Part shown: in pieces, positions 9,223 through 17,919 of the stretch
Numbering within the stretch: position 1 is the first letter of the stretch
How the letters are laid out: every line of letters begins with the position of its first letter
From: Alistipes sp. UBA943
Lineage (GTDB): Bacteria; Bacteroidota; Bacteroidia; Bacteroidales; Rikenellaceae
Assembly (NCBI GenBank): GCA_002293345.1
Contig: DBDB01000010.1
Span: 1 to 53,079 of the forward strand
Direction: 5' to 3'
DNA: 53,079 nt
The notes under the pieces: generated by a model
What the model was told of the DNA's origin: nothing
The model's database searches: none
The model's input: only the letters and a program-made list of their open reading frames with translations
Program-made: the position numbers and the translations under genes

Positions 9223-10827
9223 TTAAGAGGCGATCAGGTTATCGATTTCACGGAGCCATAGGGACGCGGAGGCATCGGATGGCACGTTCCACGCGCCACG
9301 TGGTGACAGCGATATAGCGGTAATTTTAGGACCATCGGGCATGGCGGAACGCTTGAACTGGTTGGCGAAGAATCGCGCGAAGAACACACGCATCCACCTC
9401 AGGATGGTCTGCCGGTCATATTTCCCGTGGAACTGTTGTTGCGCGTCGTCTAAAAGTTCGGCCGGGTTGGCATGCCGGAGGATGAACCCTTCGAGAAACG
9501 CGTCATGCAACTCGTACGGCCCGACAATATTTTCGGTATGTTGATCGGTGGCGAGGAGCTCTGGGGAGATGGGCGTGTCGACAATATCCAACAAAATTTT
9601 GCGTTTTTCGCGGATGATTTTTGCCGCTTTTTGCTTGTCGCCGAGGGGAGGTACGTCATGTACATCCCCATCGGCTTCGCACTGCATCGCGGCAAAAATC
9701 CCTCTCCGAAATTCCACAAAATTGGAATTCTCCGCATCCTCTCTTTCATCACCCAATCCTTCCGCATATTCCCGTGTGATGGTCTGGATGAGCGTTTTGG
9801 GCAGCGACGCGTTGAGCGAATACATCGACATCTGGTCACCGTTGTAGGTACACCATCCGAGTGCGAGTTCACTGAGGTCACCGGTACCGATGACGAGCGC
9901 GTTTTCCATATTGGCGACATCCATCAGGATTTGGGTGCGTTCGCGGGCTTGCGCATTTTCATAGGAAGCTCCCTTGTGTGAGATAAGTCCGATATCCTGA
10001 AAATGCTGTTCACAGGCGTTACGGATGGATATTTCGCGCATCGTCACACCCATGGACGACATGAGTTCGATGGCGTTTCGGTAGGTACGCCCTCCGGTGC
10101 CGAATCCGGGCATGGTGATGGCGATGATGTTTGAGCGCGGCAGGTTGAGACGGTCGAACGTGTGACACGTGGCGATAAGTGCCCACGTGGAGTCGAGACC
10201 ACCCGATACTCCGATCACGGCTTTTTGGATGCCCGTATGTGTGAGACGCGTGGCGAGGGCAATGCTTTGCATCTGCAATATTTCTTTTGCCTGCCCTTCG
10301 CTGGCGATTCGCTGACCCGTCACAGGCCCGTCAATGGAAGCGACGACGAGTTGTTCGTGGAGCGAGAAGCGTTCCGAGGCGGCGATCAGGGTGCCACGGT
10401 GAAAGATCATCGCGTCACCGGCATACACATAATCGGTGGTGGATTCGCCGTATCCGGGCGACACATATATAACAGGTTCGTCTGTCGCGAGCGATCGACA
10501 TCGGAGTTTTTCGACGAGTTGCGGGTACGTTCCAAGTATTGCGTGACACGGGGCCTCCGCCTGAAAGTAAACTTTCAGACCCGCTTCGCGTGCAGCGTGC
10601 CGAATCACAGATTCGGCACGCGCGGAGGCCGCCGCGAGGAGCGGTTGTAGGGACAGGTCGCCACATGTCACACCGGTTGTAGCCCTGTGAGGCAGGTGTA
10701 GCTCTGTGGCACCTTTTTCAGCTGCGCGTTGAATGAGGGTAACGATACGCCATGCATTCTCGTCAGGATCGGCGAGGCACACGATGGGCACCGCCGCCGC
10801 GATGATCCTATGGGCTATTTGGCCCAC
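9223..10827 (-). CDS. nadE: NAD+ synthetase with a degenerate glutaminase domain
   Basis: GVSGGLDST, ENAQARERT, TGDLSELALGW, NQFKRSAMPDGPK. Confidence 0.9.
   Translation of the reverse strand: MGQIAHRIIAAAVPIVCLADPDENAWRIVTLIQRAAEKGATELHLPHRATTGVTCGDLSLQPLLAAASARAESVIRHAAREAGLKVYFQAEAPCHAILGTYPQLVEKLRCRSLATDEPVIYVSPGYGESTTDYVYAGDAMIFHRGTLIAASERFSLHEQLVVASIDGPVTGQRIASEGQAKEILQMQSIALATRLTHTGIQKAVIGVSGGLDSTWALIATCHTFDRLNLPRSNIIAITMPGFGTGGRTYRNAIELMSSMGVTMREISIRNACEQHFQDIGLISHKGASYENAQARERTQILMDVANMENALVIGTGDLSELALGWCTYNGDQMSMYSLNASLPKTLIQTITREYAEGLGDEREDAENSNFVEFRRGIFAAMQCEADGDVHDVPPLGDKQKAAKIIREKRKILLDIVDTPISPELLATDQHTENIVGPYELHDAFLEGFILRHANPAELLDDAQQQFHGKYDRQTILRWMRVFFARFFANQFKRSAMPDGPKITAISLSPRGAWNVPSDASASLWLREIDNLIAS
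9605..9720. mobile_element. Palindromic miniature element (family A), in frame within nadE
   Basis: Arms GATTTTTGCCGC/GCGGCAAAAATC; core GTCGCCGAGGGGAGGTACGTCATGTACATCCCCATCG shared with 16611-16739. Confidence 0.75.
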
Positions 10828-12035
10828 TGTTTAGCGATGTTGATAATCGTGGAAACTGATTTTTCCATGGTGGTGAGTGAGGCATACTCGAACTTCCCGT
10901 GAAAATTCATACCGCCGGCAAACAGGTTGGGACACGGCAGATCCATGAACGACAGACGCGCTCCGTCGGTACCGCCGCGGATGGGGCGGATCAAAGGTTC
11001 GACATTGGCTTCACGCATGGCGAGGATGGCTTTTTCGATCACCGCGGGATGCGGCTCGATCATCTTACGCATGTTGTAATATTGGTCTTTGAGGGTCAGT
11101 GTGAGAACACCTTCGCCATATTTTTGTTGAAGGAGGGCCACGGCCTCGGTCATGAGTTTCTTTTTAGCCTCGAACCGCTCCATGTCATGGTCACGGATGA
11201 TGTAGGCGATGGTGGCATTCTCGACGCTACCGTTGAGGGTGTGACAGTGGAAGAACCCTTCGTACCCGGTCGTGTGTTCGGGACGCTCCCAGGCGGGAAT
11301 CATCGCGTTGAGTTCACACGCCACCTGTATCGCGTTGATCATTTTGTCCTTAGCGTACCCGGGATGCACGTTCAATCCCTGGATGTCGATCTTGGCACCC
11401 GCGGCATTGAAATTTTCGTATTCGAGTTCTCCCTCGAAACCGCCGTCTATGGTGTAGGCGAACTTGGCACCGAACGCCTTGACATCGAAGTGATCGACCC
11501 CTCGACCGATCTCCTCGTCGGGAGTGAACCCGATGCGGATTTTCCCGTGCTTGATTTCGGGATGCGCGATGAGGTATTCGGCGGCTGTCATAATCTCCGC
11601 GACCCCGGCTTTGTCATCCGCACCGAGTAGGGTGGTACCGTCTGTGGTGATGAGGGTGTGACCCTTGAAGAACGACAACTCGGGAAAATCCGCCACACGC
11701 ATCGTGAGCGTGTCGTTGAGCTTGATATCCGACCCGTCATAATTCTCGATGATCTGGGGATGGACGTTGGCGCCGCTCATATCGGGGGCGGTATCGACAT
11801 GGGCGATAAACCCGATCACGGGTGCTTTTTCGCACCCCGGAGAGGCAGGGATAGACCCCATTGCATAGCCATTCTTGTCGATTGACACTTCGGTGAGCCC
11901 GATGGCTTTCATCTCCTCGACGAGATGGTTCAGGAGCACGAGTTGCTTCTCGGTGGACGGGTACGAGGTGGACGATTCGTCACTCCGTGTATCGAATGAC
12001 ACGTATTTCAGGAACCGATCTTTCAGTGTTGTCAT
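10815..12035 (-). CDS. pepT: Peptidase T (tripeptidase)
   Basis: GFIAHVDT, LLGADDKAG, FTPDEEIGRG, IRGGTDG. Confidence 0.95.
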   Translation of the reverse strand: MTTLKDRFLKYVSFDTRSDESSTSYPSTEKQLVLLNHLVEEMKAIGLTEVSIDKNGYAMGSIPASPGCEKAPVIGFIAHVDTAPDMSGANVHPQIIENYDGSDIKLNDTLTMRVADFPELSFFKGHTLITTDGTTLLGADDKAGVAEIMTAAEYLIAHPEIKHGKIRIGFTPDEEIGRGVDHFDVKAFGAKFAYTIDGGFEGELEYENFNAAGAKIDIQGLNVHPGYAKDKMINAIQVACELNAMIPAWERPEHTTGYEGFFHCHTLNGSVENATIAYIIRDHDMERFEAKKKLMTEAVALLQQKYGEGVLTLTLKDQYYNMRKMIEPHPAVIEKAILAMREANVEPLIRPIRGGTDGARLSFMDLPCPNLFAGGMNFHGKFEYASLTTMEKSVSTIINIAKQWAK

Positions 12036-12047
12036 GATGGTATGTTT

Positions 12048-13973
12048 TTACTCTTTTTTCGCTTTGAGCGTGTGGATGACGAAGTAGGTTACGAGACCGA
12101 CGTATGCCGCGATACCCACGTAACCTGACACGGGATTGGCGAGCCATCCCTGGAGGGTGAGATCGCCACCGAAATAGCTGATAATGGCCGAAACGACACC
12201 CATCAAAGCACCTCCGGCAATGAATCCCGAAGCGATGAGCGTACCCTGGTTCGAGCGTGCCTTATTGAGAACGGAGTCTTTGGAACGTGTCGTGAACCAT
12301 GCCACGAGACCACCCACGACGAGTGGCAGATTGAGGTGCAACGGGATAAACATACCGAGTGCGAACGGCAGTGCGGGTACGCCGAGCGCTGTGAGGATGA
12401 GGGCCAACACTGCACCACAGAAATACAACACCCAAGGTGCCGATCCCCCGGTCATGAGGGGTTGGATCACGGCTGCCATGGCATTGGCTTGCGGTGCGGT
12501 GAGCGACGAATCGGGACCGAACCCATACGCCTGGTTCATGATCATCATCACACCGGCAACGGTTGCGGCAGAGATCACGGTACCGACGAACTTCCATCCC
12601 TCCTGTTTCTTGGGCGTGGTACCGAGCCAGTAACCGATTTTGAGGTCTGTGATGAATCCGCCTGCCATGGAGAGGGCTGTACACACGACGCCACCGATGA
12701 CGAGTGCGGCTGTGATACCGGCATTGCCATTCAGACCGATCGACACGAGTACGAGCGACGAGAGGATGAGCGTCATGAGTGTCATTCCCGACACGGGGTT
12801 CGACCCGACGATAGCGATGGCGTTCGCCGCGACGGTGGTGAAGAGGAACGCGATCACGAACACGATAGTGAGCGCGATGGCGGTCTGTCCCCAGTTATTG
12901 AGCACACCGAACTGGAAAAAGAAGAATACGGCTGCCAAGGTGGCGATGAGAATGGTGAGAATCGTACGCATGGATATGTCGCGTTGTGTCCGTTCGACGA
13001 CGACCTTCTCTCTCTTTTTACCCGAAAACTCGCTGACCGCAAGCCCGAGCGCTTGTTTGATAATACCGCCCTGTCGAATGATCCCGATAAGACCGGCCAT
13101 CGCTATGCCGCCGATACCGAGGGGCCGTCCGAACGACGCGAACAACTCTTCGGGCGACATCGCGGCCCCCGTAGCAGTGGAACCTACGACCGGCACGATG
13201 ATCCACCACACGAGACAAGACCCGGCAGCGATAATGGCGGCATATTTCAATCCGATAATGTATCCCAGACCGAGCACAGCGGCAGAGGTATTGAGGTTGA
13301 TGAGTACCTTGAATTTATCGGCGATGGCAGTGCCCCATGCCGACATACGTGTGGAGATGGAATCCGTCCAGAGTCCGAACGTGGAGACGGCAAAGTCGTA
13401 GAGACCGCCCACGAGACCTGCCACCGCGAGGAGTTTGGCCTGATTGCCACCCTTCTCACCCGACACAAGCACCTCCGTTGTAGCCGTTGCTTCCGGGAAG
13501 GGGTACTTGCCGTGCATCTCCTTGACGAAATATTTGCGGAACGGGATCAACAGGATGATACCCAGGATGCCGCCGAACAGCGACGACAGGAACACTTTAT
13601 AGAAGTCTGCTTCGAGACCGAGGATGTATAGTGCCGGCAGGGTGAATATGGCCCCTGCCACGATTACGCCCGACGACGCGCCGATGGATTGGATGATAAC
13701 GTTCTGCCCCAACATGTTCTTTTTACCGAGCACGTTTCCCATACCGATGGCGATAATAGCGATCGGAATCGCGGCTTCGAACACGTGCCCGATACGAAGT
13801 CCGAGGTATGCCGATGCAGCTGAGAAGATGATGGCCATGATGATACCCATCGTCACCGAATAGGGCGTCACCTCTTTCGGATTTGACGATGCGGATTGCA
13901 ACGGTTTGTACGATTCGTTGGGTTTAAGTTCGCGATAAGCGTTTTCTGGCAGCGCGTGTTGATTGTGTTCCAT
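12048..13973 (-). CDS. OPT family oligopeptide transporter
   Basis: Polytopic membrane protein; YPFPEATAT, NPVSGMT, DLKIGYWLG, APQANAMA. Confidence 0.92.
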   Translation of the reverse strand: MEHNQHALPENAYRELKPNESYKPLQSASSNPKEVTPYSVTMGIIMAIIFSAASAYLGLRIGHVFEAAIPIAIIAIGMGNVLGKKNMLGQNVIIQSIGASSGVIVAGAIFTLPALYILGLEADFYKVFLSSLFGGILGIILLIPFRKYFVKEMHGKYPFPEATATTEVLVSGEKGGNQAKLLAVAGLVGGLYDFAVSTFGLWTDSISTRMSAWGTAIADKFKVLINLNTSAAVLGLGYIIGLKYAAIIAAGSCLVWWIIVPVVGSTATGAAMSPEELFASFGRPLGIGGIAMAGLIGIIRQGGIIKQALGLAVSEFSGKKREKVVVERTQRDISMRTILTILIATLAAVFFFFQFGVLNNWGQTAIALTIVFVIAFLFTTVAANAIAIVGSNPVSGMTLMTLILSSLVLVSIGLNGNAGITAALVIGGVVCTALSMAGGFITDLKIGYWLGTTPKKQEGWKFVGTVISAATVAGVMMIMNQAYGFGPDSSLTAPQANAMAAVIQPLMTGGSAPWVLYFCGAVLALILTALGVPALPFALGMFIPLHLNLPLVVGGLVAWFTTRSKDSVLNKARSNQGTLIASGFIAGGALMGVVSAIISYFGGDLTLQGWLANPVSGYVGIAAYVGLVTYFVIHTLKAKKE

Positions 13974-14063
13974 CTATGCAATAAGGTTGTTTTTGATTGT
14001 AGGAACAAAAGTAAGGAAAATAATGAAAACAAAAAATCCCGCTCTGCCGCCGCTTTGTATCGT

Positions 14064-14277
14064 CCCTACATTAGATCTTTATACAACGGAGAGAGAAGAC
14101 ATAACCGACGTTATCGGTACTCGTCGAATACGTGGCGCCGGCATCGAACGGAAACCTTCGCGCACTCGTTGTAGACGAGGCCGCCGGTACCCAATAGTAT
14201 CCGCGGGAAGTCTGGTCGTACAGTTGACCAGTGGAGCTGCGACGATACCCCGCCGCGGGGAGGATGGAGAGGAGGAG
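14064..14277 (-). repeat. Variable cassette copy 1
   Basis: 14262-14071 reads LPAAGYRRSSTGQLYDQTSRGYYWVPAASSTTSARRFPFDAGATYSTSTDNVGYVFSLRCIKI*; an in-frame TAA lies just upstream and there is no start codon. Confidence 0.9.
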
Positions 14278-14314
14278 TTTTTAACGATTAATTTTCAATT
14301 AATAAGAAAAATAC

Positions 14315-14322
14315 TACCTTTG
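14315..14322 (+). promoter_or_regulatory. Bacteroidota -7 promoter element
   Basis: TACCTTTG matches TAnnTTTG, just upstream of the riboswitch. Confidence 0.65.
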
Positions 14323-14336
14323 CGACTGAAATTTTG

Positions 14337-14430
14337 AGGGGTGCCCCGATGCCGCGAGGTTGAGGAGCTGAGATTATACCCATAGAACCGGACACGGATA
14401 ATGCCGACACCGGGAGCATAATCTGCCCCT
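14337..14430 (+). ncRNA. TPP riboswitch
   Basis: GGGGTGC...GCTGAGATTATACCC...GAACC...GGATAATGCC...GGGA, upstream of TonB receptor-pnuC-thiN. Confidence 0.9.
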
Positions 14431-14461
14431 TTTTATTGTTTAATTAAAAAAATTAAAAGCA

Positions 14462-16621
14462 ATGAAAAGGTTTTTTTTGTGCGTGGCATTCGCCGCGCTG
14501 GTGTCGAACGTATGTGCCGAGGGATCGGCGGTGGACACGACACGGATCTACGAGTTACAGGAGATCGAGGTGAAGGGCACGCGTGCCGACCGTACCACAC
14601 CGGGGGCCTTCACGGAGTTAAGCCAACGCGATGTGGAGGATGCCAATTTCGGCGCCGACATGCCGACGTTGCTGCAAGGTACCCCCTCGTTGGTTGCGAC
14701 GTCAGATGCGGGTAACGGCATCGGCGGAACTGCGTTCCGAATGCGCGGCGCTGACGCTACGCGCATCAACGTCACGGCGAACGGCGTTCCGTTGAACGAT
14801 GCCGAGAGCCACTCGACGTACTGGTACGACACGCCCGATTTCGCGTCGAGTGTCGGCACGGTACAGATACAGCGTGGTGCGGGTACGAGTACGAACGGCA
14901 CAGGAGCCTTCGGCGGCAGCGTCAACATCGCCACGTCACCTTTGTCGAGCGAGTTCGGCGGCCAGGCATCGTTGAGTTACGGATCGTACAACACAAACAA
15001 GCAATCGGTACAGATCAATTCCGGACTGCTGGGCAAGCACTGGATCGTTGACGGACGCCTGTCGCACATTTGCAGCGACGGTTATGTGGATCGCGCGAAG
15101 ACGGACATGGGCGCGTATATGTTCCAGACGGGGTATTACAAGGGTCGCACGATGGTGAAATTCCTATCATTCGGCGGCGTGGCCAAGGTGGGATTGGCGT
15201 ACGACGGTGTGACGAAGGATATGTTGAAGGACCGTGTGTTACGGAGGTTCAACTCGCAGGGTCTCGTGGAACACGCCGATGGGAGCGTGTCGTATTTTGA
15301 CGACCAGACGGACAACTACACCCAGATCAACAACCAACTCATCGTGAACCATCGTTTTAACGGCCGTTGGGAGCTCAACGCCACGACACACTACACATAC
15401 GGTTACGGGTTTTATAACCAGTGGCGCAACGGCGACGATCCGGAGGAGTACGGATTTACGGAGTTCGTCGAGGGTGCGGATCCGATCCGCAAGAAGCTGA
15501 TGGACAACCATTTCTTCGGCGCTGTGGCATCGGCACGCTACACGTCGCACCGGTTTCAGTTGACGTTGGGCGGTGCGGCGAGTGTGTATGACGGCAAGCA
15601 CTGGGGTACGATGCAGGGGGTGAATTATTACCGGAATGCCTCGACGAAATACGACGGGAATTTGTACGCGAAGGCGAGTTACGAGGTCGCGCGCGGGTTG
15701 CATCTGTATGGCGACATGCAGTACCGCGGCATCCAACACAACATCGTGGGCACGAACGACAACTTTTCGAGTGTCACGGACGCCCTGCAGATGCTGAACA
15801 TCCATCGGAGCTACGACTTCTTCAATCCGAAAGCGGGTGTTAACTACACGTGGGCACGCAACCATCGTGCGTACGTGTCGTTCGCCGTGGCACATAAGGA
15901 GCCGAACCGCAGTAACTTCACGGACACCAAACTGGATGAATTTCCGCTCGCGGAGCGCCTGTACGACTGGGAGTTCGGTTACGGGTTTCGCAATAAGCGG
16001 TTCGACGCAGGTGTGAACTTCTATTACATGAGCTACAAGGATCAGCTCGTCGCGACGGGTGAACTTTCGGACACGGGCGAGGCGATGATGCGCAACGTGG
16101 CGAGGAGCTACCGGAGGGGTATCGAGGTGATGGCCGATTTGGACCTGACCCGTTGGTTCACGCTGGGCGGTAACGTCACGCTGAGCCAGAACCGCATCCG
16201 TGATTTTTCGGAATATGTGTCGGAGTACGACGCCGATTGGAACTATCTGAGCGAGAAGGAGTTGCCGACTGGCGAATCGACACTGTCGTACTCCCCCTCG
16301 TTGATCGCGGCCCTGGAGCTGGATTTCCATGTGTCGGGATTTTCGGCACGCATCAAGACGCGTTACGTGAGCAAGCAATACCTGACGAATGCCCGTGTGG
16401 AGACGTTGACGCTGCCCGAGTATTGTGTCACGGACCTCGATTTGGGATATACGTATAAAAACGTTAGATTTGGCGTACAGTTGAATAATATTTTCGACGT
16501 GAAATACGCGAGCAATGGCTACGGCTACTCCTCCCTGGTGGGTGGAGAACGGCAGGACGAAGCGTACTACCTTCCGCAGGCTATGTTTAATGTACTGGCA
16601 AACATTACGTTTTTGTGGTGA
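14462..16621 (+). CDS. TonB-dependent receptor, probably for thiamine
   Basis: Signal peptide; plug motifs RINVTANGVPLND and QIQRGAGTSTNG; TPP riboswitch context. Confidence 0.9.
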   Translation: MKRFFLCVAFAALVSNVCAEGSAVDTTRIYELQEIEVKGTRADRTTPGAFTELSQRDVEDANFGADMPTLLQGTPSLVATSDAGNGIGGTAFRMRGADATRINVTANGVPLNDAESHSTYWYDTPDFASSVGTVQIQRGAGTSTNGTGAFGGSVNIATSPLSSEFGGQASLSYGSYNTNKQSVQINSGLLGKHWIVDGRLSHICSDGYVDRAKTDMGAYMFQTGYYKGRTMVKFLSFGGVAKVGLAYDGVTKDMLKDRVLRRFNSQGLVEHADGSVSYFDDQTDNYTQINNQLIVNHRFNGRWELNATTHYTYGYGFYNQWRNGDDPEEYGFTEFVEGADPIRKKLMDNHFFGAVASARYTSHRFQLTLGGAASVYDGKHWGTMQGVNYYRNASTKYDGNLYAKASYEVARGLHLYGDMQYRGIQHNIVGTNDNFSSVTDALQMLNIHRSYDFFNPKAGVNYTWARNHRAYVSFAVAHKEPNRSNFTDTKLDEFPLAERLYDWEFGYGFRNKRFDAGVNFYYMSYKDQLVATGELSDTGEAMMRNVARSYRRGIEVMADLDLTRWFTLGGNVTLSQNRIRDFSEYVSEYDADWNYLSEKELPTGESTLSYSPSLIAALELDFHVSGFSARIKTRYVSKQYLTNARVETLTLPEYCVTDLDLGYTYKNVRFGVQLNNIFDVKYASNGYGYSSLVGGERQDEAYYLPQAMFNVLANITFLW

Positions 16622-16739
16622 TCGGGGTGCATCTTCGGCACTTTGCTCGTTGGTCGCCGAGGGGAGGTACTCATGTACATCCCCATCGTCGCCCAACTTC
16701 GACAAAGCCCCAAATCTGCAACCCCGCTGACCACAAAAA
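16611..16739. mobile_element. Palindromic miniature element (family A), overlapping the TonB receptor stop codon
   Basis: Terminal arms TTTTGTGGT/ACCACAAAA; core GTCGCCGAGGGGAGGTACTCATGTACATCCCCATCG. Confidence 0.75.
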
Positions 16740-16753
16740 TATAGATTAGGATC

Positions 16754-17311
16754 ATGGATTTTCCTCAAATACTCGAACTCTTAGGTGCTCTGACCGGACT
16801 GGTGTACATCTGGTTGGAGTACCGAGCGAGTGTGTGGCTGTGGGTGGTGGGGGCGGTCATGCCGGCGATCTACATCTATGTCTATTTCGAGTCCGGGGTG
16901 TACGCCAACATGGGACTGAATGCCTACTATCTGTTGGCGAGTATATACGGTTGGATCGCTTGGAAACGCGGTGTCGAGAGGAAGGAGCTCCCCATCACCC
17001 GTACGCCGCGCCGTTTCTACCCGTTGGGGGTGTTGGTCGCCACGGCAGCCACAGCACTGGTCTATCTCGTGTTGAGATACACGGACTCCACGGTACCGTT
17101 CGCTGACGCACTGATCGCGGGCTTGAGTGTGGTGGGACTGTGGATGCTTACCCGTAAGTGGGCGGAGCAGTGGTTGGTGTGGTTGGTGGCTGATGGTTTG
17201 ATGACCTGGTTGGCCTTCACGCAGGGGCTGTACCCGACCTCGGTACTGTACGGGTTATACATGATTGTGGCGGTATTTGGGTTTATCAAATGGCGACGGG
17301 AGGCAGTATGA
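16754..17311 (+). CDS. pnuC: PnuC/PnuT family thiamine transporter
   Basis: Hydrophobic; SIYGWIAW, KWAEQWLVW. Confidence 0.88.
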   Translation: MDFPQILELLGALTGLVYIWLEYRASVWLWVVGAVMPAIYIYVYFESGVYANMGLNAYYLLASIYGWIAWKRGVERKELPITRTPRRFYPLGVLVATAATALVYLVLRYTDSTVPFADALIAGLSVVGLWMLTRKWAEQWLVWLVADGLMTWLAFTQGLYPTSVLYGLYMIVAVFGFIKWRREAV

Positions 17312-17919
17312 GCACGGTCATTTTAGCGGATGGGGCTTTCCCGATGCATCCTGTGGCACTGGAACTGCTCCATAGCGCGGCACGGGTTGTCTGTTGCGAC
17401 GGCGCGGTCGTGAAACTCGTGGCCCATGGCATGGAACCTTACGCGATCGTGGGTGACCTGGATTCCATTCCGGATGATTTGCGCGAGCGGTACGCGGATA
17501 TTTTACACGCGGATGCGGATCAGGAGACGAACGACCTGACGAAATCGGTACAGTTTTGTATGGAGAGGGGCTGGACGAAACTCGTGATTTTGGGAGCCAC
17601 GGGCGGACGCGAGGATCACACGCTGGGCAACGTGTCACTGTTGGTGGATTACGCGAATCAGGGGGTGACGGTACGCATGGTGACGGACACGGGTATTTTC
17701 GTGCCGATTTTGGGCGACACGCGTTTCGATAGCATCGTTGGGGAGCAGGTGTCGATCTTCACGTTGAGCGAACGGACACTCGTCACGACGGAGAACCTGA
17801 AATACCCGTTACACGACGCGGTGTTGGAGGGTTGGTGGCGCGGCACGTTGAACGAGTCGTTGGGCGACTGGTTCGGATTTCGTGTGACGGGCCCGGCTAT
17901 CGTTTACAGATCTCTTTGA
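17308..17919 (+). CDS. thiN: Thiamine pyrophosphokinase
   Basis: CCDGA, IVGDLDSI, DQETNDL, GATGGREDHTLGN; ATGA overlap with the pnuC stop. Confidence 0.92.
   Translation: MSTVILADGAFPMHPVALELLHSAARVVCCDGAVVKLVAHGMEPYAIVGDLDSIPDDLRERYADILHADADQETNDLTKSVQFCMERGWTKLVILGATGGREDHTLGNVSLLVDYANQGVTVRMVTDTGIFVPILGDTRFDSIVGEQVSIFTLSERTLVTTENLKYPLHDAVLEGWWRGTLNESLGDWFGFRVTGPAIVYRSL

Noticed and set aside
12336-13631. 431-aa plus-strand ORF
   Set aside because: Antisense shadow of the OPT transporter.
15239-16768. 509-aa minus-strand ORF
   Set aside because: Antisense shadow of the TonB-dependent receptor; no motifs.
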